NCBI RefSeq assembly: GCF_000143415.4
Contig: NW_003314276.1
Coordinates: 250,336-314,335, forward strand
Length of the DNA stretch: 64,000 nucleotides
Direction: 5' to 3'
Origin: Selaginella moellendorffii
Taxonomy: Eukaryota > Plantae > Lycopodiophyta
Within the stretch, counting starts at the first letter, position 1. Each line of letters begins with the position of its first letter. Shown here piece after piece: positions 35,801 to 46,259 of this stretch. The position numbers and the translations under genes are program-made. The notes under the pieces are model-generated. The model had not been told where the DNA came from. It made no database searches and saw only the letters and a list, made by a program, of their open reading frames with translations.

Positions 35801-38274
35801 TCACGCCATTTTGATTATAGATCGTTGTGAATATTCAGACACGAGGACTGAAAAGCGCACTGGTGGCGCATCGAAGAAGGACAAACAGACAAGCAATAGG
35901 AAAAAAGGAGGTACAAATTATATTTGCAATGGCGTGTGGTCTCATGCCATTCCTTGCAGGAGAAACTTCTTCAAAGGCAAACAGGCAAGCACCAGCCAAG
36001 CTCAAACTGACAGTGGTCATAAAAAGCGAAAGCACGTTGGACAGTCGTCGAGATCAGAGGCGTTTGATTTGAAAAGGAAGAAGGGCAACGAAAAGATGAT
36101 AGGTAATGCCTCGCGGTTATGGCGTGTGTGCTCATGCCATTCATTGCAGATCAAGGGCTGAGTGAAAGCAGGCAGTCACCACCTCCTGACTCAGATTCCT
36201 ATGGCGGACTCCCCTTCCCCAATCTCAATGGAGAGGTACAATGGATGAGGGATGCTTTTCAAGTCAGGGCCACGTTTTTCTCATCTCGTCGTCTTCGAAG
36301 GGTGCAAGAACGTGCAGAAACCATGTTAAGACAGTTGGGTGAGGATACGGTCCTAGCTCACGCACTAAAACAGGCTATGGATGTCTTGTATTTTGAGATG
36401 GAGACTCGGCCAGATGATTTTCCCAAGATGGTCCTGGAAGAACAAGCCATCCAACCTGAGCAGCCAATGGAAGAAATGCAGGAGGGGGATGAGGAGCCAG
36501 AGAAAGATAATGAGCAGGAAGAGCAAAAGGACGAAGAGGAGGACAAAGAAGAGGAGGACGAAGAAGAGGAGGACGAAGAGGACTTGGATGGTCCTCACAA
36601 TGGTGACGATCACAATAATGACGACGACGATGATGATGATGATGGCCAGCCTGAGGTGGCCAAAGAGCAGCGGAGGAAGGTCATACAAGACAAACCATCA
36701 GGTAAATAATAGTACATCCATTCCTAACCTTTTACCATTTCTAACATTGTCCATGTAGGTCGCAGAGCAAATGGTAAGTAGAGATTATTCAGTTGAATTA
36801 AGATACAAACTCTAGCCTTTAGTGTCGAAGAAGGATAGTGCCAAGCAAGGGTCAAAACGTATGTCCAATCCTTCAGAATCAGCAGTGCGCCCAAGTGATA
36901 TCGGTCCTAGTTCCTCAATAGCAGTTGATGGTAAATACAATATAGTCGATTCAATGTGCTAATGATTTTGTTTTTAGTAGCACGGGAGGATACCATCTCA
37001 ATCGAAGGGAGATATTTGGACATGCATATGGATCCGCCAGTGGACTCTACTTGCCTGCAAGAGTCATCAGAGCTGGTGGAGGCTACTATCCATATCAATG
37101 CCAAGCAAGCTGACCACGCTCCACTTGATGCTGCCCATACCACTGAGTCAATCTTGTCCACGTATCCAACTGACGGTGACCAGGCGCCATTGGACCCACA
37201 TGAGGCCGCCCCAGCCGCCGAGCCGGTCGTATCCTCATTTCCAACGGACTCAACGTGTGCCCAATCGTCTGACTACGCGCCGTTGGAACCTCCCTACACC
37301 GCCCCTGCTGCCTGTTCGGTCATGTCCACTTTGCCAACGGAGGCACCAGTTGAAATGGCGTGTGATCACACGCCATCGGAACCACCCCATGCCACTGTTG
37401 AGCCAGTTGTACCAGAGTCTACAGCTGAAATGGCATGTGCCCACACGCCATCGGATGCGATTGACCCCACATTGCAGAGGAGAGTATTTCCGCCCTTCAC
37501 GATTCCTCGACCAAAACCCTCTCAACGACCATCGGGAGCACCATTCGCTAATATTGTAGATGGTAAAATTGACTTGTACCATTTTTTATGCTGACGCATT
37601 TCATTTCAGAGTCACGGCGAAGGTATTGTATCATTTTTGATCTGAACGGTGTCCTTTTCTCCCATGAGCGTGGCTCGTCCTCGAATGTCATTGCACCCTC
37701 CAAAGCCTGCAGTCGCAAGTTGGTCAAAAGAGACAAATTCACATTAATCACACGGGAGAAACTGCGGGATCTAATAATGACCATGCGACACTTAAAACAG
37801 AGGGCCGGGTTCAATTTGCAATTGGGAGTTTGGACATCCATGATGCGCCACAATGCATTAATGTTGCTACAGATGATGCACGATCAGACGCGAGTAATAT
37901 TACCATTTGACTTTCTCCTAACGCAGGAGGATTGCTTGACTATGGTCCATGTGAGGGGTAGCAAGCCCATCTTCGTCAAACCAGAGGCTGTAGTGATGAA
38001 CCGGACTGCTAGGTCAAGTGAAATCCTCATCATCGATGACTCGCCGATTAAAACTGCAACGAACACGCACACATATGCAGTGCACCCCATCTCTTGCAGT
38101 ATGGAAACTAGGGAGAAGAAACCGTATGTTCTGGGGGACCTTGCAAAACGGCTTGGAGCGATGGTGATAGAGAACCGGCCAGTCCAGGAGGTGGCTGCAG
38201 AAATCAACCAAATGGCACATGGAACGGTATATCAGAAGCCATTTGATCGGACAGACACCAGTCATCATTTATAG
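32850..38274 (+). pseudogene. Multi-exon transposon cargo gene: ParB-like domain, possible degenerate DNA-MTase-like fold, acidic/Pro-rich linker, C-terminal FCP1/NIF-type HAD domain
   Basis: ATG at 32850-32852, then GT-AG introns at 32853-33091, 34268-34321, 35646-35695, 35783-35838, 35911-35959, 36103-36149, 36702-36758, 36774-36822, 36931-36980 and 37563-37609. These join the ORF-track pieces in phase, except for an in-frame TAG at 35198-35200 and an apparent 1-nt loss near 35975. Motifs: YNHR...AVSGQHS...SHAQN; IFDLNGVL...VWTS...IIDDSPIK. Confidence 0.75.
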
Positions 38275-38889
38275 CATGTATATTGTCTAGCTAAGCACTA
38301 TCCGCATCTCCATAATCTGCTCAACCGGATGGGTTCTTCGACCACTGAACATGAGCGTGGACGTATTAGAGAAGAGATGGCATTACTATTGGGTTTAAAT
38401 CCTGATAGTGTGGAGAGTGATGAAATTCCAAGATTATTGTATAGGCGTTGGAGGCAAAAAATAACAGTCTGAGATGGCATGTATTTATTTAAAAATGTAA
38501 CTTATTATGGCATGGGGTTCCATGCCATTGTATTAATATTAAAAGACAATTCTTTGAGAGGATTTGCATTATACTAGAAGTGTTATAGCATGTTATTGGA
38601 AGTCTACGAAGTTGTTTTATTAATAAGGGGAAAGTAAAGATTGAATGGGGACTTGGGCTCCACCTAGACTCGGAGCAACTGAGCCAATATTAAAAGGATG
38701 GAAAGAAATTGGACGACGATGACAAGGAGAAGAGAGAGGTGAAGCAGTGGCAGGGGGAGGAGAAGTGATTGAGTAGACATTTCCTTGTTTAAAATAAAAT
38801 GGCATGTGCCTCAATGCAGTTGAATTTTGTTATATTTATATACATATAAAGGTTTGGAAACCTTATTTTACAAGTGGGATAATGACAAT

Positions 38890-38913
38890 TCCCACTTTAA
38901 CGAAATAGAGCTT
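38890..38913 (-). repeat. Right terminal inverted repeat
   Basis: TCCCACTTTAACGAAATAGAGCTT. Confidence 0.95.
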
Positions 38914-38917
38914 ATAT

Positions 38918-41125
38918 CACGATCTCTTGCCCTAATTCTACTTGATTCCATTTTAACACTTTAAAAAATAAAATTTACAATTCAAGTTCTAATTGTCATG
39001 GTTGATTCCACAAAAGCTTGCTAAAGCAATTAAAGTTCATCACACATCATGTGCATTCTTTGTAACATCATTACAACTCTCCTATCTATAGCCATAATTG
39101 AAGCTTAGTGGCATTAATCATTAGCTACCTGTAAGCAACCAAAGAGAACGACTTGAGAGACGGTCCATGGGGTTCAAGTATAGAGGGAAAGGGCCCTTGA
39201 ATAAGAGTGCACCCCCTTTTCCAATCGGTTAAGGGTCTTGGGATACTTTGAGTTAAGCGTCCTTGGGTTTGAATAGTACTGGGTTGGGTGACCTCCTGGG
39301 AAGTCCAAATCCAGGAGCTTACATTTGGTATCAGAAGGGTTTCAGGTCCGACTTTGTTGGTTGGCTAGGGGAATCACACCACATGTTAATTGACATCTGG
39401 CTGGTCTAGTTTGCTCCTGCTGGGCTCGACCCAAGGGGTAGGGTGTCAAGAGAGCGGGGCTCTCGGGAGAGCTGCGGCTCTCAACTTCCGTTCACAAAGG
39501 CGTGAATTTGTAGAGAAGCGTGGTGGATTGTAAGCAACCAAAGAGAACGACTTGAGAGACGGTCCATGGGGTTCAAGTATAGAGGGAAAGGGCCCATGAA
39601 TAAGAGTGCACCCCCTTTTCTAATCGGTTAAGGGTCTTGGGATACTTTGAGTTAAGCGTCCTTAGGTTTAAATAGTACTGGGCTGGGTGACCTCCTAGAA
39701 AGTCCAAACCCAGGAGCTTACATTACCTCCATTTTTTTCATTATTTATATGTTGCTATCTTGAATTTCTTGCATCATTGCTTTCCTTTGCTTGTCACTTC
39801 ACTCAAGGAGACTATCAGATCCTTGAGTGCATTTGTGTTTTTTCCCTATAGATATTGGAACTTTTTTCTTACCAACTTGTACTTCTGCAAAGTCTAAGAT
39901 CTTGTGTCTCATATACAACGTCTTGATCTAGATCTACAGGTGTATCTGTCTCTAATAAAAAGAGACACAATGGAGCTCTCATAAAGTTTTAGCAAGTCGA
40001 GAATTAGAAATTCTTCTTTCACAACTTTATCATCACTACCTCCTCCAAGAATTAGTTCTTTTGATGGAGCAACAAGTGTTCCAGAGGTACAAGAAATATT
40101 ATTCGTGTTTTTTTTTCTGATTTCACAACTTGATTTCCCAGAATGAACCAATTTTAAATGATGAAAAAAAAAGGAAAATGGTCTATTGATAAGAACAAAG
40201 CTCTTTAGTATGCAAAGAGGATGGATAAGAAGAAGGATTGAAAAGGTGGTAGCTGTAGAAATTCAATGAAAGGACCAGAGAAGTGGTGACACATTTTCAG
40301 CATCTTACATTCATAGGTATTTTATCGCACACAAAAGCAATCTAAGTCACAATAGGATGAGCTTGTGAAGAACTAGAGGCAAATTAGCAATTACAAGAAA
40401 TATATCCCATCAAGGAAACCATCCTACTTTAGTAGTGAGTTTACTATAGGAATGAAGTTGGTTCATTCTAGGAAAACAAGTTGTGAAATCAAAAAACAAA
40501 CACGAATAATATTTTTTGTACCTTTGGAATACTTGTTCCTCCATCAAAACAGCTAGTTTCTGAAAGAGGTAGTGATGATAAAGTTGTGAGAAAAGAATTT
40601 CCAATTCTTGACTTGCTAAAACTCTACAAGAGCTCCATTGTTTCTCTTTGTTCTAGAGACAAACACAGCTATAGATCCAGATCAAGACATCGTATTTGAG
40701 ACAAGATTCTAGAGATGCTAACGAGAACATTTCAGAAGTATAAGTTGGCAAGAAAAAAGTTCCAATAGCTATGGGGAAAAAACACAAATGCACTCAAGGA
40801 TTTGATGGTCTCCTCAAGTGAAGTGATAAGCAAAGGAAAGCAATGATGCAAGAACTTCAAGATAGCAACATACAAATGATAGAAAAAATGGAGGCAACTA
40901 ATGATCAATGCCACCAAGCTTCAATTGTGGCTGCAGATAGGAGAGTTGTAATGATGTTGCAAGGAATACACGTGATATGTGAGAAACTTTGATTGCTTTG
41001 GCAAGCTTTTGTGGAATCAACCATGATAAAGAAAAAGTAGAATTGCAAATTTTGTTTTTTAAAGTGTGAAATGGAAGTAGAATTAGGATGACAAGGCGCT
41101 AGATCATGACATGAGGCACTGGATC
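38918..41125. repeat. Large imperfect inverted repeat: arms ~38918-40150 (minus the Cassandra insert) and ~40459-41125, spacer ~300 bp
   Basis: For example CATCATTACAACTCTCCTATCT (~39066) vs AGATAGGAGAGTTGTAATGATG (~40935), and AGAATGAACCA (~40140) vs TGGTTCATTCT (~40460). Confidence 0.85.
39130..39722 (+). mobile_element. Cassandra TRIM (593 bp) with 5S-rRNA-derived segments
   Basis: 194-bp LTRs at 39130-39323 and 39529-39722; PBS TGGTATCAGA; TSD CTACC/TTACC. 39251-39306 (AGTTAAGCGTCCTTGGG...TAGTACTGGGTTGGGTGACCTCCTGGGAAGTCC) matches the box A to box C half of plant 5S rRNA. Confidence 0.93.
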
Positions 41126-42517
41126 AATCTAGGGTTTGGCATTGTGAGCTCAGGGCTGTCACAATTGCAATGAGGCAAGGCAACACTTGAATTGTCGATG
41201 GATGGCACACACAATAAGATAAAGAACAAGCTTTAGTCTTTTGGTGGAGCATGGAAGCCCACCTTATGGGGCACGGGGTTTCCCCCTTCCCCCCCATTTT
41301 GGGTGCCATGTCACTAGGGGGGTATGGACCTTGGGTTTTATTTCTCCCCTCTGGAAAATTTCCCTCAAGGATGCAGTATCTTCCCAAATAGAAATGCTTA
41401 AGTTTTGCAAGGTTTCTTGCTTCTTTCCATAGAGAACTCAATCTCAGTCTTGGTCTCAAACTTGGTCTCAGTGTCAGCCTCGATCTCAGACCTAGTCTCC
41501 ATTACTTTACAATACCATTGTATTATTATAATTCATTTCATGTAGGTGTCTTTCACATTTGATCACTTTGATAAAGTCACACTATTACCAATAATTTAAA
41601 TCAACACTTTGAACTAGGAAACTTATTCCTTAACCTAATAAGGAGCTTATCTTTGTTTAACCATAGGATCACCTAGTAATCTCACATTGACATATGAATA
41701 TATGTACCAATAGATACTAGGTCTACCAAACTTTTAACCTATTAACCACAACCCTAGGGGCATCCCCCACACTTGGTGGTGTGCCTAAACTAGTGTTCAT
41801 AGCAACTAAGATTGGGTGTTCCCATCTCATTTACCATGTTTTTGGTCCCACTTACACTAGAGCATTCAAATTAAATATACCAAGCTTTCACATTAAGCAC
41901 TCTAATTGTGCATCATGATTTTGGGGCATCCCCCACTTGGTGGTGTGCCCAAGTCAACCTCCTTACTGGGAGTCTATGATCATTGAAAAATGAGTGTCCT
42001 TGTATTCCAAATCATCACCACGCACTAATAGGCTAGAACTTGAACCCAAGCATTAGGAGAAAAAATGATTGGCGACTTAGGGCATAGAGGAGTGCAGCTT
42101 CCAGCACCATGGCTGCTGTGATCAGAGGTGCGGCCAAAAGGAGAAGAGCACATAGGAGAGAGCACCCAATCTCCTTGCACTTGCTACCATCAGCAGGAGC
42201 ATCTACTGCGAGAATCAACAAAGAATCATTCCAAAATCTCTCTATTTTTTATTTTATACTACTGTGTCCAAGATGGAATGCCACCAAATACCAAGCAACA
42301 ATAGAGGGAGATCCAAGCCTCAACCTTTTGCACTTGGAAGAGGTGCTAGAGTCTACAGCCTCAACATCTGATTGCCCCAAGGAGGGATGCTAAAGGGAAG
42401 AGCTGCTAACAACAAAACCTAAATCACTAAAAGGAGGGCTTTGTTGGGCTCTTCGATGGACAGTGAGAAGCTAGGACACTATCAGTGATCAAGCAGGCTC
42501 AATGTAGAAATCACTTC

Positions 42518-43499
42518 TGTAAGCCACAAATTTTTCCTTTTCAATTTGCCAACTTTCCTCATTTATCTGACCACCACTGCCTTGGCCTTAGTTAAGTTCC
42601 CTTGCTAGGATTCCTTTCTATTGTACTATCTCATATTTGGTCCTACTTAGTTTCAGCTACTCACTACACGAGCAATAGAGCATTAACAATCTATCCATGA
42701 ATTCCCAAATTCTCTCCCAATCCCCCTCCTTGGGTTAGACTGGATTTAAGGTTCAACTACACTCCCCACAAACATAAGTAGCCAAGCACACCAAGACTTC
42801 AGATTCCTAACATCCCTTGGTACAATAAAACTTAATTATAGGACCCTCTAAATCCCAAGCCTTAGGTGTATCACTTGCTTTAGGACACTGGCAAGAAACA
42901 CTATGGCCTAATGGCTTAGTATGGGTACCTTTACTTTTCCATCCCGAAGGGAAGGCCCAAGCCCCTAGGAAGGAGTGAGGACCAATGAGCCACAAGGTAC
43001 TCAAGTAGGGCACCAGTTCACATGAGCTAGGAGCACTGTAATTAGTTTCCCTTTCGGGAGTGGGAGTTGCTCTTGAGCACTTCATCGGGTGGCCTCTCTA
43101 GCACCACCTAACTCCATGCACATTCCCACCTAAGGCCCCTAGTCTTAACCTTAAGTCAGTTTGGAAGCACATGCTTTGGGCTTTCACCCCATGACCTATA
43201 TTAGTATTCGGACTCAGTCTCGGACTTGATCTTGGACTCAACCTCGGACTTGGTCTCAAACTCAATCTCGGACTCAATCTTGGACCCGACCTCGAACTCT
43301 GTCTTGAACTCAATCTTGGACCCGATCTTGGATCTTAGACTTGGTCTCGAACTCGGTCTTGGACTCAATCTCGAACTCGGTCTTGAACTAAAACTCGGAC
43401 TTGATCTCAGACTCAGTCTCATTCAATGAACTTTTCATCATTTTGGTCATGTTTTTGGGGATCCTTTAGCCTTACACCTCAGGGAGTTAGTTCCTTACA
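42518..43499 (-). mobile_element. Family-B LTR
   Basis: Reverse-complement homologue of 25306-26449; TG...CA ends; TSD poor (ACTTC/GGTTC). Confidence 0.75.
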
Positions 43500-44170
43500 G
43501 GTTCCCAGGTAAGTGAGTGGTGATGGGAGTTAAATGATACCAAAATTTAAGAATACCTTAGGGAGTTGATTCCTTACAACTCCACCACCCATAAAAAAAG
43601 TTCAATACCCACATCAAATGTCTTTTTTTCAATCCTACAACTTATTGACCATGTCTCTTGGGACATCCCCCCACTTAGCAGTGTGCTTAAATCAGCCTCT
43701 CTAGCTAAGAGCCAATGACAATGGGATATAAGTGTCTTTATAACCCTCAACTCACCATGCCCTAGTATACATCTACAGATTCAACATCCCTGTGGGGCAT
43801 TGGGTGTAGCTCCTTAGGCCTGGTTGACCTAGCTAACCCATGCTACCTTCAGTGTGCCTTTGGGTCCCAACATATGATATTACTCAGTTTCTCAAATGGA
43901 TACTTTAATTGAACTTTGCATAAGTACATAAAGTTCTACCTTGCAAACATTCCTTCACTAGATCCTCAAAGTATGGCTTAAGTACAAAGGTTGAGAGGCA
44001 ATGGCATTAACAGCGTAGTAGCAATGGCTGAGGAGTCATCCCACAAGGTATGTCTCTATTAACAGAGGATCAACACTGAAATGTTTAGTTTTGTCACTCT
44101 TAAGTAAATAAAGTACAATAGTATTGTCACTCTAAGCTCTCTACAAACTTTTCCACAGTGTCTCTCAATG

Positions 44171-44440
44171 CTATGCTATCTTTAGCTGAATGAAGAGACC
44201 TTTGTGGAAGGTAGCCTGCATCATGGTTAATCTGTCAGGGTCAAAATCTTCCATGAACCTGTCATTCCATGTGATCAAGTTATGCAGCATGCAGCAAGCC
44301 ATGATGTTGTTTGCAAGGATGCCTGAATGTCCTCTGAATCCCTTTCGAGCTAGCAATTTCCATTGCCTCTTTAAAATTCCAAAATATCACTCGACAACAT
44401 TCCTCGTAGAAGAATGGAGGAAGTTGTACTGCTCTTGCCA
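44171..44440 (-). pseudogene. PIF/Harbinger transposase C-terminal remnant
   Basis: Translates as EQYNFLHSSTRNVVE*YFGILKRQWKLL...IMACCMLHNL, the typical Harbinger DDE C-terminal signature, with an in-frame TGA. Confidence 0.8.
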
Positions 44441-45005
44441 TGAAACCTATTTGGATATGGGACCAAAACCAGTGTTTGAGCTATCTTTATTTTCAAATAG
44501 CCCTAGGGCAACTGCTGTAGCAATTGCCTGTGTTTCTTTATGGCTTCCAAGGACTTGTGGCCACCCTTTTGAGTGTACTGGGAAAAAACACTGACCTGCA
44601 GAGCCTCTCAAAGGCTCTAAGAATTGTATTAAGCACAAGCGAAGGACAATTCCTGCCATGGGTTCCACCAGCTGACGAGCTGTCCAATATGTATCCAGCT
44701 TAGATCATCATAAAAAAAAGAGCTGCGGATTACCTTGGGCGCTATATACTCTAGAGCTAATGAGAAAAAACAAGGACGTTACCTTTATGAACGGGATGGG
44801 ATTCAAGCATCAGGAGAAACAGTCATCAAAAATGTTACAGCGAAAAAGTAAGTGGCAGGAAATTCATGTAATCAAGATTGTGAAAAATATGTGAAGAGGA
44901 CAGCTGCCTAGTTTTCAATTTCTTGCTTGTTTTCTCCTTATGTATTCTCCTTTTGAAGAAGTGCCACCCTTCTTTACTACAAGCAACAATCTGATGCTAA
45001 ATAAG

Positions 45006-45796
45006 TCAATTAGTCAATGTTGAAATTAGTGATCCAGATATAAATTCGCCAGCCATCCAATTCCCATGAAGGACGTTCCTAGTTCCAAGAAAAAGATACT
45101 TCCCTTCTCCTTTGGGCTTGTTATCTGCAAAATCTCCTTCATATGTTGTTCCATCACGATAAACCCACTGGCCTTTAGCTAAACTTCCAGCCATCCACGT
45201 TCCTGTGAACTGTATTAAAGAAAAATTTGAATAAGAGTCGTCTTTGATAAGGAGCACCAAAAATGATAAGAAATAAGGAAAAGGGATCATAGGATTTCTT
45301 AATGACCTGGCTCATACTGTCTTTGAAGTAGTAAGTTCCAATGCCATGCTTTACACCATCCTTCCATTCTCCTTTATAAAGATCTCCATTTGGATATGTG
45401 TACATTCCAGTTCCATGTCTTTTATCATTTAACCATTGGCCTGTATGAATTAAATAGAAATACTAGAACATTCACGAGTAAACCTTACCGTCATAGATAC
45501 TATTGTCAGGATACTTCAATATGCCTGGTCCAGTCTTCTGATCGTCCACATAAACACCATCAAACATTCCTGCCTTAGCCCATCTGTATTTTCCCAGTCC
45601 TGACTTTGTGCCCTGTACATATGCTCCGGTGTATGTATCACCGTTTGGATAAGTAGCTATGCCCTCGCCATGCGGAATAAAATCAATCATTGGTCCGGTC
45701 CATTGCTGCAAACATAATTTTGAGATCCATCTTAAAACAGTGACTCCTTACAGTCACTGGCTTTTCGCCCTCCTCGCCCTCTTCGTCTGCCATCAT
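45006..45796 (-). CDS. MORN-repeat protein, radial spoke head 1 (RSPH1/RSP10)-like, 4 exons, ~200 aa
   Basis: Exons 45796-45752, 45705-45489, 45440-45307 and 45209-45006 with GT-AG introns. Tandem MORN repeats (HGEGIATYPNGDTYTGAY, YTYPNGDLYKGEWKDGVKHGIGTYYF). Orthology is inferred. Confidence 0.8.
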
Positions 45797-46259
45797 AGTA
45801 TTTGCTCGGTAGTTAATGTTGAACCGTGTTTCAGGTCAGGTCATGCATAGTTAATCATACAGTTGAGCGCTGGCCTGTCATGATTGACGGTGTTGATTAA
45901 CTAATACATGTCAATCAGAAAAAGAGCCCTCTAAATGACGATGGCAATAATACAAGTGAGATCGATATCTTGCAAGTTTTCCAGTCGGCCCCAAAGCGCA
46001 ATAGATCACAACTATGACCATCACCTTCTGTAATCATACACGAAAGTTCATTAAATACTACCGCAGGAGACGGCGAACATAGAGATGGATTGAGAACAAT
46101 GTCTATCCGATTGAGAACAAGCAGGGACAGCTTCAGAGCCTTAAAGGCTCCGCCTCTGCTGACAAGTGCACTGGGTACATCCATCGAAATCCCATTTCAA
46201 GTCTATCTAATGAAGATCCTTTGTTCTTTTAACCCTTTTCACTCTATTAGGGCATAAAA

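Larger units (their letters stand above)
27149..38821. repeat. About 20 dispersed copies of a 24-bp imperfect palindrome, consensus AATGGCRTG-WGGCCW-CAYGCCATT
   Basis: Copies start near 27149, 27203, 28541, 28598, 30421, 30491, 30589, 31201, 32132, 32877, 32954, 33014, 34288, 35787, 35928, 36118, 37354, 37429, 38506 and 38798; weaker ones near 26831, 31276 and 32211. Confidence 0.92.
26605..38913. mobile_element. 12.3-kb TIR DNA transposon, Sola-like, with transposase and a large cargo gene
   Basis: Perfect 24-bp TIRs (26605-26628; 38890-38913) flanked by ATAT on both sides; a TA-TSD reading is equally possible because the site is palindromic. The reconstructed empty site CCTCATATCACGATCT matches the rc of the paralogous sequence at ~41100-41118. 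Confidence 0.9.

Noticed and set aside
35783-35820. A 38-nt intron using the first AG
   Set aside because: The AG at 35838 gives a 56-nt intron in the same phase, which fits the local size range better; unresolved without RNA data.
27149-38821. Palindromic repeats as a CRISPR array
   Set aside because: Spacing is irregular (tens of bp to kb), copies are degenerate, there are no cas genes and the context is eukaryotic with introns.
39251-39306. 5S rRNA gene
   Set aside because: Only the internal ~56 nt match, and they lie within paired LTRs with PBS and TSD, i.e. a Cassandra element.
45822-45827. AACCGT as a DUO1-type MYB site in the RSPH1-like/WDR35 intergenic region
   Set aside because: A single 6-mer is expected by chance, and there are no conservation data.
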